Shown here: positions 10,593-19,389 of the stretch, in pieces | Layout of the letters: every line of letters starts with the position of its first letter | Numbering within the stretch: the stretch's first letter is position 1 | Source of the DNA: Dehalococcoidia bacterium | GTDB lineage: Bacteria > Chloroflexota > Dehalococcoidia > SHYB01 | Assembly: GCA_965207995.1 (NCBI GenBank) | Contig: CBDBNG010000001.1 | Coordinates: 89,954 to 153,953, forward strand | Length of the DNA: 64,000 bases | Reading direction: 5' to 3' | Notes under the pieces: generated by a model | Databases searched by the model: none | What the model was told of the DNA's origin: nothing | The model's input: only the letters and a program-made list of their open reading frames with translations | Program-made: the position numbers and the translations under genes

Positions 10593-11201
10593 CTGGAACT
10601 GCTACTGATACGACACGGCGAGGCCCTCTACGGCGCCGAAGACGGCCTGACCGAGCTCGGCGTCCGGCAGGCGGAGCTGCTCGCGGAGCGGCTGGCCTCC
10701 GTGGGGCTGAGCGCCCTCTATTCGAGCACGATGGCGCGGGCGCGGCAGACCGCCGAGGCCGTCGCCGCCCGCACCGGCCTGCCCATCACCTTCGACAGCC
10801 GCTTTCGCGAGATCGACGCCGGCGAGCGGCTTGAGCAGAGCCCTGAGGAACACCGGCGGCGCGCCTCGAACTTTCTGAAGCGCACCAAGGTCTACACCAT
10901 CGGCTACGAGCACCAAGGCGGAGAGAGCGCGGTGCAGCTCTACGAGCGGGCGTCCACGGCCATCGCCGAGGTCTTCTCCGGCCCCGTCAAGGACGACGGG
11001 GGCGCCTACGCCCTCATCGCCCACGGCGGCTTTATCAACGCCGCCCTCTGCTACATCCTCGACCTGCCGTTCGACGGCGCGATGCGCTTCCGCCTCCAGA
11101 ACACCTCGATCTCCACAGTCAGCCTTGTCGACGACAGCAAGCTGGTGATCGGCGTCAACGACGTCGCCCACCTCGCCCCCGTCGGCGGGGCGCTGCTCTA
11201 G
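10593..11201 (+). CDS. Histidine phosphatase (PGAM family), probable CTG start
   Basis: In-frame LELLLIRHGE upstream of the track ORF; RARQTA, FREID, AHGG, NDVAHL; AGGAGG 6 nt before CTG. Confidence 0.85.
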   Translation: MELLLIRHGEALYGAEDGLTELGVRQAELLAERLASVGLSALYSSTMARARQTAEAVAARTGLPITFDSRFREIDAGERLEQSPEEHRRRASNFLKRTKVYTIGYEHQGGESAVQLYERASTAIAEVFSGPVKDDGGAYALIAHGGFINAALCYILDLPFDGAMRFRLQNTSISTVSLVDDSKLVIGVNDVAHLAPVGGALL

Positions 11202-11244
11202 CGAGGCCGGGTCCCGCGCTTCCCTGGTGTAAAATTAGGAATTG

Positions 11245-12585
11245 ATGGAAGTCGGGATCATTGGCGGCGGCGCGCTTGGACTGTCGGCCGCATACGAACT
11301 GACGCGCCGCGGCCACAAGCCCGTCGTGTACGAACGGGCTCCGTTCCTGGGGGGGCAGGCGTCGACCTTCGACGTCGGTGGCGGCCGGCTCGAGCGCGGC
11401 TACCACCACCTCTTCCGCAGCGACACGTCGATCGTCGAGCTGATCGAGGAGCTCGGCCTCGGCGACAAGCTGGCGTGGATCGAGTCGAGCGTCGGCTTCT
11501 ATAGCCAGGGCGAGATTCACCCCTTCACCACGCCGCTCGACCTACTCCGGTTCAAGCCGCTGAACCTCTTCCAGCGCCTGCGCCTGGGCTTCGTCACCCT
11601 CTTCCTCCAGCGCAAGAAGTACTGGCCCCGCGAGTACGAGCACGTCACCGCCCGCGACTGGCTGCGGAAGCGCATCGGGCAGAAGGCGCTGGACGTGGTC
11701 TGGGGCCCCCTGCTGCGGGGCAAGTTCGGCGACCACGCCGACGAGGTCTCGATGGCTTGGCTCTGGGGCAAGATCTACCTTCGCACCACGTCACGGGACA
11801 AGGGACTGCGGGGACGCGAGCGGCTCGGCTACCCCATGGGCAGCTTCGCCGAGATTTTCGAGGCGCTGGAGCGCGCCATTCCCGATGGCGGCGGCGAGCT
11901 GTACTACCCGGCGACGGTGAAGCGTGTCGTCGTCGAGGACGGACGAGCGACGGGCTTAGTCGTCGAGCGCGACGGCAAGGAGGAGACGCGCAACTTCGAC
12001 GCCATTCTCGCCACCTCGCCCTCCTACGTCGTGCCCGCGCTTGTCCCCGAGCTGCCCGACGACTACAAGGCGCTGCTCACCAAGGTGCGCTACGAGGCGG
12101 CCATCCTGATCGTGATGCACCTCGACCGGCCGCTCACGCCCTACTACTGGATCAACATCGCCGACCCCACGATCCCGTTCGTGGGGATGATCGAGCACAC
12201 CAACTTCGTGGACAAGTCGCTGTACGGCGGGCGGCATCTGGTCTATCTCTCCAACTACGTGGCCCGCGAGGACAAGTTCTACGACATGTCGCCCGACGAG
12301 CTCTGGGCGAACTACGTGCCCGCCATCAAGCGCATCGCCCCGGACTTCGACGAGTCGTCGGTCATCGAGTGGAGCTACCACCGCGAGAACGCCGCCCAGC
12401 CCATCATCGGCCTCGACTACTCCAAACAGATTCCCTCGCTGAAGACGCCCATCGAAGACCTCTGGCTGGCCAACACCACCCAGATCTACCCCGAGGACCG
12501 CGGCACCAACTACAGCGTCCGGCTGGGCCGGCTCATGGCCCGCATCCTCACCGGCGACGCCCCCAACAAGATGTGGTGGGAGTAA
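11245..12585 (+). CDS. FAD/NAD(P)-dependent oxidoreductase (protoporphyrinogen/amine oxidase-like)
   Basis: IIGGGALGL, LERGYHHLF, YPEDRGTNYSV. Confidence 0.85.
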   Translation: MEVGIIGGGALGLSAAYELTRRGHKPVVYERAPFLGGQASTFDVGGGRLERGYHHLFRSDTSIVELIEELGLGDKLAWIESSVGFYSQGEIHPFTTPLDLLRFKPLNLFQRLRLGFVTLFLQRKKYWPREYEHVTARDWLRKRIGQKALDVVWGPLLRGKFGDHADEVSMAWLWGKIYLRTTSRDKGLRGRERLGYPMGSFAEIFEALERAIPDGGGELYYPATVKRVVVEDGRATGLVVERDGKEETRNFDAILATSPSYVVPALVPELPDDYKALLTKVRYEAAILIVMHLDRPLTPYYWINIADPTIPFVGMIEHTNFVDKSLYGGRHLVYLSNYVAREDKFYDMSPDELWANYVPAIKRIAPDFDESSVIEWSYHRENAAQPIIGLDYSKQIPSLKTPIEDLWLANTTQIYPEDRGTNYSVRLGRLMARILTGDAPNKMWWE

Positions 12586-12622
12586 CCCCTTAATCCGTGC
12601 GGAGGCGATCCTTGTGGTCGCC

Positions 12623-12927
12623 GGTGGCGCGGGGCGGTTTTCACCCTCTCCCGCTGGAGACCCTTCCACAACACGCGACGCCGGCAGAGGCCCGCCCATG
12701 TAGGGGCAACCCTCGTGGTTGCCCAGGGGTGCGGGTAGGGTCTTCTCCCCTTCCCCTCGGGAGACTCTTGCGTAATTCCCCGGCAAGCCAAAAAGACGGG
12801 TGGCGCGGGGCGGTCTTCACCCTCTCCCGCTGGAGACCCTTCCACAACACGCGACGCCGGCAGAGGACCGTCCATGTAGGGGCAACCCTCGTGGTTGCCC
12901 AGGGGTGCGGGTAGGGTCTTGTCCCCT
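12623..12927 (+). repeat. Direct duplication of a ~129-bp REP-containing unit (12623-12751 and 12799-12927)
   Basis: Near-identical copies 176 bp apart, each with TGTAGGGGCAACC-ctcgt-GGTTGCCC. Confidence 0.92.
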
Positions 12928-12931
12928 CCTC

Positions 12932-12956
12932 TGTAGGGGCGATTCACGAATCGCCC
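12932..12956 (+). repeat. GTAG-type REP palindrome
   Basis: TGTAG-GGGCGATTC-ac-GAATCGCCC. Confidence 0.85.
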
Positions 12957-13032
12957 GTGCCTATCCCCCGAACGGCCTCGCGGGGGTAGGCCCAAGGTAC
13001 GCAAAGGTCTAGCGTCATCCGCCACCATCCCC

Positions 13033-13082
13033 TTGACACGACCTCTCCCGCGGCCTATCATCAAATAAGAACGAACGTTCTT
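13033..13082 (+). promoter_or_regulatory. Near-consensus promoter with LexA-type SOS box over the start site
   Basis: TTGACA(13033)-17-TATCAT(13056); AAGAAC-GAAC-GTTCTT at 13067-13082. Confidence 0.8.
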
Positions 13083-13290
13083 TGCCGGGCAGTGGCGACA
13101 CCCGCGGACGCGTGAGAGATGGGCGCCGCAGCACTGGCGGGCGACGGCAACGGCCGGAATTGCCCCGCGGACGCGCGGGAGACAGGGCCCAGGCCGTGGC
13201 GGGCGACGGCGGCGGCCTGAACTGCTCTGCGGACGCGCAGAGTCAGGCCCTTGCCGTGGCGGCGCTGAGCATCTCAGCCAGGGCCGAGAG
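13083..13290 (+). ncRNA. Candidate structured RNA of three ~62-nt repeat units
   Basis: GCGGACGC at 13104/13167/13229 and TGGCGG at 13135/13197/13257; GACG-loop hairpins with compensatory changes; lies between convergent genes. Confidence 0.45.
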
Positions 13291-13295
13291 AGGCG

Positions 13296-14384
13296 CTAGA
13301 GCTCGATCACCGAGCGCAGCGTCTCCCCCCGCTCCATGGCCTCGAAGGCCGGCTCCGTCTCGTCGAGCTTGATGAGCCGCGTCACCACCCGGTCGAGGTC
13401 GAGCGCGCCCTTGGCGTACCAGTCGGCGAGCATGGGGAAGTCGCGGGAGGGAAGGCAGTCGCCGTACCAGCTCACCCGGAGCGCCCCTCCGAGGCCGAAG
13501 AACTGGAGCATGGGGACCTCGACCACCATGTCGGGGCTGGGCACGCCGATGAGGGTGCAGGTGCCGGCGAGGTCGCGGCTCCAAAGGGCCTGGAGCAACG
13601 TCTGCGGCGTGCCGACGGCCTCGAAGGAGTGGTCGACGCCGTTGCCGCCGGTCAGGGCCTTGACCGCCTCCACGGGGTCGCCCGCGGTTGCGTCGACGAC
13701 GTCGGTTGCGCCGAACTCCTTGGCCCATTCGAGCTTGTTCGCCGCGATGTCGACGCCGATGATCGTGCGTGCTCCCGCCAGCTTGGCGCCCATGATGACG
13801 CTGCAGCCGACGCCGCCGCAGCCGTAGACCGCGACCGTGCTCCCCCGGCGCACCTGGCCCGAGTAGAGCGCCGCGCCAACCCCCGTCATGACGCCGCAGC
13901 CGATGAGCGACGCCTGGGGCGGAGGACAGCTTTCGGGCACGGGCACCGCCTGCTTGGCGGCGACGACGGTGTGCGTGCAGAAGGTCCCGATGCCGAGGGC
14001 GGGGTTCAACGTCAGGTTGTCGCTCTTGGTCTTCATGCGGGGCTCGGCGTTGAGGCTGGCCGAGCAGAGGTGCGGCTGCCCGATGGCGCAGAACCGGCAG
14101 GAGCCGCAGGGGGCGCGCCAGGCGAGGATGACGTAGTCGCCGACGGCGGGCTCGGTGACGCCCTCGCCGACGGCCTCGACGATGCCCGCACCCTCGTGGC
14201 CGAGCAGGAAGGGGAACTCGTCGGTGATGTTCCCCAGCTTGTAGTGCAGGTCGGTGTGGCAGACGCCGCTGGCCTGGACCCGCACCAGCACCTCGCCGGG
14301 CCCCGGATCGTCGATGACGATGTCTTCGACCAGCGCCGGCTCGCCCGCGGCGCGGGATACGACTCCGAGTCCATCGATAGGCAT
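13296..14384 (-). CDS. Zn-dependent dehydrogenase, S-(hydroxymethyl)mycothiol dehydrogenase-like
   Basis: GVCHTD, LLGHEGAG, CGSCRFC, GCGVMTG, GCGGVG, SWYGDCLPSRDFP. Confidence 0.85.
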   Translation of the reverse strand: MPIDGLGVVSRAAGEPALVEDIVIDDPGPGEVLVRVQASGVCHTDLHYKLGNITDEFPFLLGHEGAGIVEAVGEGVTEPAVGDYVILAWRAPCGSCRFCAIGQPHLCSASLNAEPRMKTKSDNLTLNPALGIGTFCTHTVVAAKQAVPVPESCPPPQASLIGCGVMTGVGAALYSGQVRRGSTVAVYGCGGVGCSVIMGAKLAGARTIIGVDIAANKLEWAKEFGATDVVDATAGDPVEAVKALTGGNGVDHSFEAVGTPQTLLQALWSRDLAGTCTLIGVPSPDMVVEVPMLQFFGLGGALRVSWYGDCLPSRDFPMLADWYAKGALDLDRVVTRLIKLDETEPAFEAMERGETLRSVIEL

Positions 14385-14415
14385 GGAACGCCTCCTTGGT
14401 TCGCGTTTTGGTTAG

Positions 14416-15549
14416 CTATCCACGCAGGGGTCGGAAGAACTCGCGGACTTCGTGGACGAGGCCGCCGGGGTTCTCCATCGCCGGGAAATGGCCGCCCTGT
14501 TCCATGTCCGTCCACCGCTTGAGGTTGTAGGCGTGTTCGGCGAGCACCCGCGGGGGGCGGTTCGCCTCCTTAAACGTGGCCACGCCGGTGGGCACGTCGA
14601 TGCGGGGCGAGGGGCGCGGCGTCGTCGAGCCGCGGAAGGTCTCCTTGTACAGCCGCATCGAGGAGCCGATGCTCTGGGTGAACCAGTAGATGGCGATGTT
14701 GGTGAGCAGCTCGTCCTTGGTGTAGCTGCGCTCGACGTCGCCGTCGCAGTCGCTCCACCGCCGCCACTTCTCGACGATCCACGCCGCGAGCCCGGCTGGC
14801 GAGTCGTTGAGGCCGTAGGAGGCGGTCTGCGGCTTCGTTCCCTGCAGGTGGACGTAGCCCCACTCCTCCTGCCGGTAGGCCTTCAGGTTTTCCCACCACT
14901 CCCGCTGCTCCGGGGTGAGCTTCGCCTCGTCGATCTGGGCGGTGACCATGTTCAGGTGCACCCCGATCATCCGCTCGGGGTGGTTGACGCCGAGCGCGGT
15001 GGTGACGCCGGCGCCCCAGTCGCCGCCCTGGGAACCGAACCGGTCGTAGCCAAGCTGCTCCATCAGCTGCACCCAAAGAGCGGCGATGGCCCTGGTATCC
15101 ATGCCGCGCTCGCGGGCGTGGTCGGAGAAACCGTAGCCGGGCAGCGAGGGTGCCACGACGTCGAAAGCGTCGGCGGGGTCGCCGCCGTGGGTCGCAGGGT
15201 CGGACAGCGGCCCGATGACCTTGTACATCTCGAAGAAGGAGCTGGGCCAGCCGTGGGTGATCACCAGCGGCATGGGGTTGGGCCCCTTGCCCTTGACGTG
15301 GATGAAGTGGATGCCGAGCCCGTCGACGTCGGCCTTGAATTGTGGGAACTCGTTGAGCATCCGCTCGTGGGCACGCCAGTCGTAGACGCCGCGCCAGTAC
15401 TCGCAGAGCTCCTTGACGTACGCGAGGTTCGAGCCGTAGTCCCACCCCGAGTCCGGGATCTCGTCGGGCCAGCGGGTCTCTTCGAGGCGGCGCTTCAGGT
15501 CGGCGAGGTCCTCATCGGGGATGTCGATGGTGAACGGCGTGATCGCCAC
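14416..15549 (-). CDS. Epoxide hydrolase (EHN + alpha/beta hydrolase)
   Basis: ITHGWP, QGGDWG, LNDSPAGLAAW, GGHFPAME. Confidence 0.92.
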   Translation of the reverse strand: MAITPFTIDIPDEDLADLKRRLEETRWPDEIPDSGWDYGSNLAYVKELCEYWRGVYDWRAHERMLNEFPQFKADVDGLGIHFIHVKGKGPNPMPLVITHGWPSSFFEMYKVIGPLSDPATHGGDPADAFDVVAPSLPGYGFSDHARERGMDTRAIAALWVQLMEQLGYDRFGSQGGDWGAGVTTALGVNHPERMIGVHLNMVTAQIDEAKLTPEQREWWENLKAYRQEEWGYVHLQGTKPQTASYGLNDSPAGLAAWIVEKWRRWSDCDGDVERSYTKDELLTNIAIYWFTQSIGSSMRLYKETFRGSTTPRPSPRIDVPTGVATFKEANRPPRVLAEHAYNLKRWTDMEQGGHFPAMENPGGLVHEVREFFRPLRG

Positions 15550-15606
15550 GGCTGTCTCCTCTAGGCCGGTGTCGTCGGATGCGGAAGCGGGCGGTACTCG
15601 GCGCTC

Positions 15607-16275
15607 CTAGCGGCGGATCGCTTCGAGTACGCGGGGATGCTTGAACGCCGACCGGTGGCCGCCGCCGATGTAGAGGTTGTGGGCGCCGGGAATCTCGGAC
15701 GACCAGCGGGTGAACCGCAGGTTCCACAGGGTGATGCCGGCGGCGGTGAGCGGCGCGGGGAGCCGCTTGCTCAGCAGGAACCGGCGGATCTCGCCGATAT
15801 CGAGGAGGTCGAAGCGGGGCTCGCCGGAGAGCCGCCCGTGGAGCCAGGGCCACTTCGAGGCCCACGCGTTGAAGCGGATCCCGAGGCTGGCGCGCTTCGA
15901 GATCGAAGGGTCGAGCGTGGTCACCGTCGTGATGCCGGGGTTTTGCCGCCCCTTGATGATCTCGACGATGGCCTGCAGGGCCACCGCGCCGCCCTTGCTG
16001 TGCCCGACGACGCGCGTCGAGGCGAGCCGGCAGGCGTCGATCTGATCGAGAAGCTGCCCCGCCGCCTTGGTGACCGCGGCTCCGATGCCGACGGATGCGG
16101 CAGTGGAACGGCGGGCCGCCTCGCTGAATCCGGACGTGCCCCACTCGATCAGGCGGCCCTCGCTCCAGTCGAAGGCGAAGGCCTCCTCCGCCTCTTCCGT
16201 CGCCTCCGCCATTTCGTCGAACTGGTCGAAGGTCCCTTCGCGCCCATGGATGAAGATGGTGGCCGTCACGGTCAT
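15607..16275 (-). CDS. Alpha/beta-hydrolase-fold protein, leaderless
   Basis: IFIHG, nucleophile elbow GHSKG, TLDP, GGGH; TACACT 6 nt before ATG. Confidence 0.65.
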   Translation of the reverse strand: MTVTATIFIHGREGTFDQFDEMAEATEEAEEAFAFDWSEGRLIEWGTSGFSEAARRSTAASVGIGAAVTKAAGQLLDQIDACRLASTRVVGHSKGGAVALQAIVEIIKGRQNPGITTVTTLDPSISKRASLGIRFNAWASKWPWLHGRLSGEPRFDLLDIGEIRRFLLSKRLPAPLTAAGITLWNLRFTRWSSEIPGAHNLYIGGGHRSAFKHPRVLEAIRR

Positions 16276-16316
16276 GGGCCGAGTGTACGCGCGGGGCCGC
16301 GGAGCGTCAAAAGCGG

Positions 16317-16601
16317 TTAGGAGATGGCGCGCAGCGTCGGGCCGTCGTCGGTCATCTCCACGTCGATCGTGTCACCCTCGATGTGCTCCACGAGGTGCTC
16401 GCTGATTGAGGCGTCGATGACCAGAATCGGCCGCCCTTCGAACTCGACGACCTGGTCGGTCTCCTTGCGCTCGCCGTAGACGAGGTGGAATCCGCCGTAG
16501 ATGTCCGAGACCATGCGGATGAGGTGGCCCGGCTCGTGCTCCTCTGAGTCGAGCAAGGCGGCGAGCGCCTCGCGGGCCCGGTCGGTGAACTTGAGCGGCA
16601 T
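16317..16601 (-). CDS. HesB/IscA-like fold protein lacking cysteines
   Basis: LKFTDRAREAL...DQVVEFEGRPILVID...GDTIDV. Confidence 0.65.
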   Translation of the reverse strand: MPLKFTDRAREALAALLDSEEHEPGHLIRMVSDIYGGFHLVYGERKETDQVVEFEGRPILVIDASISEHLVEHIEGDTIDVEMTDDGPTLRAIS

Positions 16602-17450
16602 CTAGGGGATGCCCGCCCCGGCCACGTCGACCCGCGTATAGCGTATGCGGGCGTTGCCCCGGCCCTTGATCTTCTGGGGGTTCGCCTCCTTCGCTTCGAG
16701 GAGGAAGAGCGTCCGGCGGTCCTCGCCGCCGAGCGCGCAGGCGATGGCCAGCATGTCAGACTCGATGGTCTCCTTGACCTCGCCCCCCTCGGCGATGCGG
16801 ATGAAGCCCGGCCCCCGCGGCGTGGCGAGCCAGATGCAGTCCTCCTCGTCGAGCGCAATGCCGTCGGGGCCGAATTCGAGGTCGGCCCACGTCCGGCGGT
16901 TGGAAAGCGAGCCGTCGTCCTCGATGTCGAAGGCGGTGAGGCGCAGCCCGCGCGTCTCGCCGACGATCAGCGTCTTGCCGTCGGGCGTGATGACCATTCC
17001 GTTGGGGAAGGAAAGGCCGTCGGCGACGGCGCGGACGTCGCCCTCCGGCGTGACCAGGATGAGCACCGTGTCCTGCTGGGGCGCACCGGCGAAGGTGTCG
17101 AAGCCGAAGTTGCCCACGTAGGCCCGGCCCTTCGCGTCGACGACCATGTCGTTGCAGGGGCCGCCGGCGAGGGCGCTCATGTCGGCGACCTCTTCGAGGC
17201 CGGCGTCGACGTGGCGCAGCAGCTTGTGGTCGGTCATGGAGACGACGAGCAGACGCCCGTCGGGGTCGAAGCCAAGGCCGGAGGGACGGTTCGGCACGTG
17301 GACCACGGTGTCGGCGCGGCCGCCCTCTAGCTCGACGCGGACGACCTCGTGGGCGTGCATGTCGGAGAACCAGAGGGCGCCCGCATGCCAGCGCGGCCCT
17401 TCGCCGAACATGAGGTCGTCGAGCAACGTGTGGATGTCTCGGAAGGGCAT
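16602..17450 (-). CDS. SMP-30/gluconolactonase/LRE family
   Basis: FGEGPRW, NDMVVD, FPNG, PDGIALD. Confidence 0.92.
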   Translation of the reverse strand: MPFRDIHTLLDDLMFGEGPRWHAGALWFSDMHAHEVVRVELEGGRADTVVHVPNRPSGLGFDPDGRLLVVSMTDHKLLRHVDAGLEEVADMSALAGGPCNDMVVDAKGRAYVGNFGFDTFAGAPQQDTVLILVTPEGDVRAVADGLSFPNGMVITPDGKTLIVGETRGLRLTAFDIEDDGSLSNRRTWADLEFGPDGIALDEEDCIWLATPRGPGFIRIAEGGEVKETIESDMLAIACALGGEDRRTLFLLEAKEANPQKIKGRGNARIRYTRVDVAGAGIP

Positions 17451-17598
17451 CGTGGCGACTCCCGGCCCGCCGGGTGCGGGCGCGCGGCCATTGTAGTGGG
17501 GGCGCTTCAGCGGCGCTAGCGGGTACAACGGCGTAGCCCCGGCGCCCTCTGCGTCGTATCATGCGCGGGCCGGTCGCAACGGCGTGGAGGTTTCGAGC

Positions 17599-19299
17599 AT
17601 GGCGTACGACCTCGTCATCGAGAACGGGCGCATCGTGGATGGTACGGGCCTGGCGGAGTTCCCCGGAGGCGTGGCGGTCACCGACGGCAAGATCGTTGAA
17701 GTCGGCGACGTCTCGGGCGCGGCGAAGCGCCGGATCGACGCGAAGGGCCTTGTCATCGCGCCCGGCATCGTCGACATCCACACCCACTACGACGCGCAGG
17801 TCTTGTGGGATCCCCTCCTCACGTCGAGCGTGTGGCACGGCGTCACCACCGTCGTCATGGGCAACTGCGGCTTCACCATCGCCCCCTGCAAGCCCGACGA
17901 CCAGGACTACATCATGCGCATGCTGGCGCGCGTCGAGGGCATGTCCCTCGGCGCGATGCAGCAGGGCCCGGAATGGGACTGGCGCTCTTTCGAGGAGTAC
18001 ATGGAACGCGTGGGGCAGACCCTGGGGCTCAACGCCGCCTGCCAGGTGGGGCACTCCGCGCTCCGCTACACCGTCATGGGGTCCGACGCGCTGGAGCGCG
18101 AGGCAACGCCGGAAGAGGTAGAGGCAATGTGCGGCCTGCTCCGTGAGGCTCTGGCGGCCGGCGCGGTCGGTTTCACCACCTCGATCTCACGGGCCCACGT
18201 CGACTGGGAGGGCAACCCCGTCCCCAGCCGTTTCTCCGCCGTCTCGGAAATCGACGCGCTCGTGGACGTTGTCGGCGAGCACGGCTTCGGTCAGATCGAG
18301 ATCGCGCCCCGCTCGGGAACGAACCTCCCGGACGAGGACCAGGTGGATATCGCGCGGTGGGCCCGCACGTCGGGCCGCGTGCTGAGCTGGAACGAGCTCG
18401 GCCAATACCCACAGGCGCCGGAGGGCCGATGGCGCGAGATCCTGGCCTTCATGGAGCGGACGCACCAGGAGGGCGGGCAGGTCTACGGCGTCTGCTCGTG
18501 CCGCCCCACGACGCAGGACTTCGACCTGAAGGACAACAACCTCGTCCTTACCGTGCTACCGGAATGGCTGGAGGTCCTCCCCAAACCGCACGCCGAGAAG
18601 AAGGCCCTGCTCGCCGACCCCGCCTACCGCGACGGCATGCGGCCCGGCATCGACGCCGCGTGGGAGTCGGGCCCGAAGCCGGTGCGCTGGGACGCGACGA
18701 TCCTCACCGGCCCCAAGCGCGCCGAGCATGCCGACCTGAAGGGCCTTACCCTCCGGGAGCTTGGCCTCCGCATGGGTAAACACCCCCTCGACGCCATGAT
18801 CGACGTCGCCTTGGCGGAGGACTTGGAGACCGAGTTCACCTTCAGCGGCACGCGCAACACCGACCCCGAGGCCATCGCCTCCATCATCCGCAGCCCGTAC
18901 ACCATCCTGGGCGTCTCCGACGCGGGCGCGCACCTCAACATGATCGCGGGCGCGGAGTACTCGACGCAGGTGTTCAGCCAGTGGGTGCGCGAGAAGGGCG
19001 TGCTCACGCTCGAAGAGGCCGTCCATAAGCTCACGGGCTTCCCGGCGGCGTACATGGGCTTCGCCGACCGGGGACGCCTGGAGCCCGGCCTCGCCGCCGA
19101 CGTCATGGTCTTCGACCCCGACACCATAGGCGCGCTGCCCAAGGAGAAGGTGCCCGACCTTCCCAACGGCGAGGAGCGCATCGTCATCAAGGCCACGGGC
19201 ATCGAGCACACGGTCGTCAACGGCGTTCCCGTTGTCGAAGGGGCCGAGCACACCGGCGCCTATCCCGGCCGCCTCATCCGCGGCACGGACTACGCCTAG
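17599..19299 (+). CDS. N-acyl-D-amino-acid deacylase family amidohydrolase
   Basis: DIHTHYD, HGVTTVVMGNCG, SDAGAH; GGAGG RBS. Confidence 0.9.
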   Translation: MAYDLVIENGRIVDGTGLAEFPGGVAVTDGKIVEVGDVSGAAKRRIDAKGLVIAPGIVDIHTHYDAQVLWDPLLTSSVWHGVTTVVMGNCGFTIAPCKPDDQDYIMRMLARVEGMSLGAMQQGPEWDWRSFEEYMERVGQTLGLNAACQVGHSALRYTVMGSDALEREATPEEVEAMCGLLREALAAGAVGFTTSISRAHVDWEGNPVPSRFSAVSEIDALVDVVGEHGFGQIEIAPRSGTNLPDEDQVDIARWARTSGRVLSWNELGQYPQAPEGRWREILAFMERTHQEGGQVYGVCSCRPTTQDFDLKDNNLVLTVLPEWLEVLPKPHAEKKALLADPAYRDGMRPGIDAAWESGPKPVRWDATILTGPKRAEHADLKGLTLRELGLRMGKHPLDAMIDVALAEDLETEFTFSGTRNTDPEAIASIIRSPYTILGVSDAGAHLNMIAGAEYSTQVFSQWVREKGVLTLEEAVHKLTGFPAAYMGFADRGRLEPGLAADVMVFDPDTIGALPKEKVPDLPNGEERIVIKATGIEHTVVNGVPVVEGAEHTGAYPGRLIRGTDYA

Positions 19300-19323
19300 G
19301 CCACCCCGCTCCACCCTCGGCCT

Positions 19324-19377
19324 CCGACGCGCCTGCGGCGCGTGCCCTCTCTCAAATCTCCCCCAGAGGGGGAGAGG
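19324..19377 (+). repeat. CCCTCT...GGGAGAGG palindromic repeat (copy shared with 54141-54196)
   Basis: 41-nt identity GGCGCGTGCCCTCTCTCAAATCTCCCCCAGAGGGGGAGAGG. Confidence 0.85.
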
Positions 19378-19389
19378 TTCAGGGTGCGC

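Noticed and set aside
12510-13064. Short ORFs in the 12.6-13.0 kb region
   Set aside because: Translations of REP repeats
13083-13290. CRISPR array
   Set aside because: Only three degenerate units, the would-be spacers resemble each other, and there are no cas genes
13082-13372. 96-aa TTG ORF (and a 33-aa ATG ORF at 13118-13219) as the SOS gene
   Set aside because: No SD for the TTG ORF, low complexity, overlaps the dehydrogenase 3' end, and repeat periods break frame; not fully excluded
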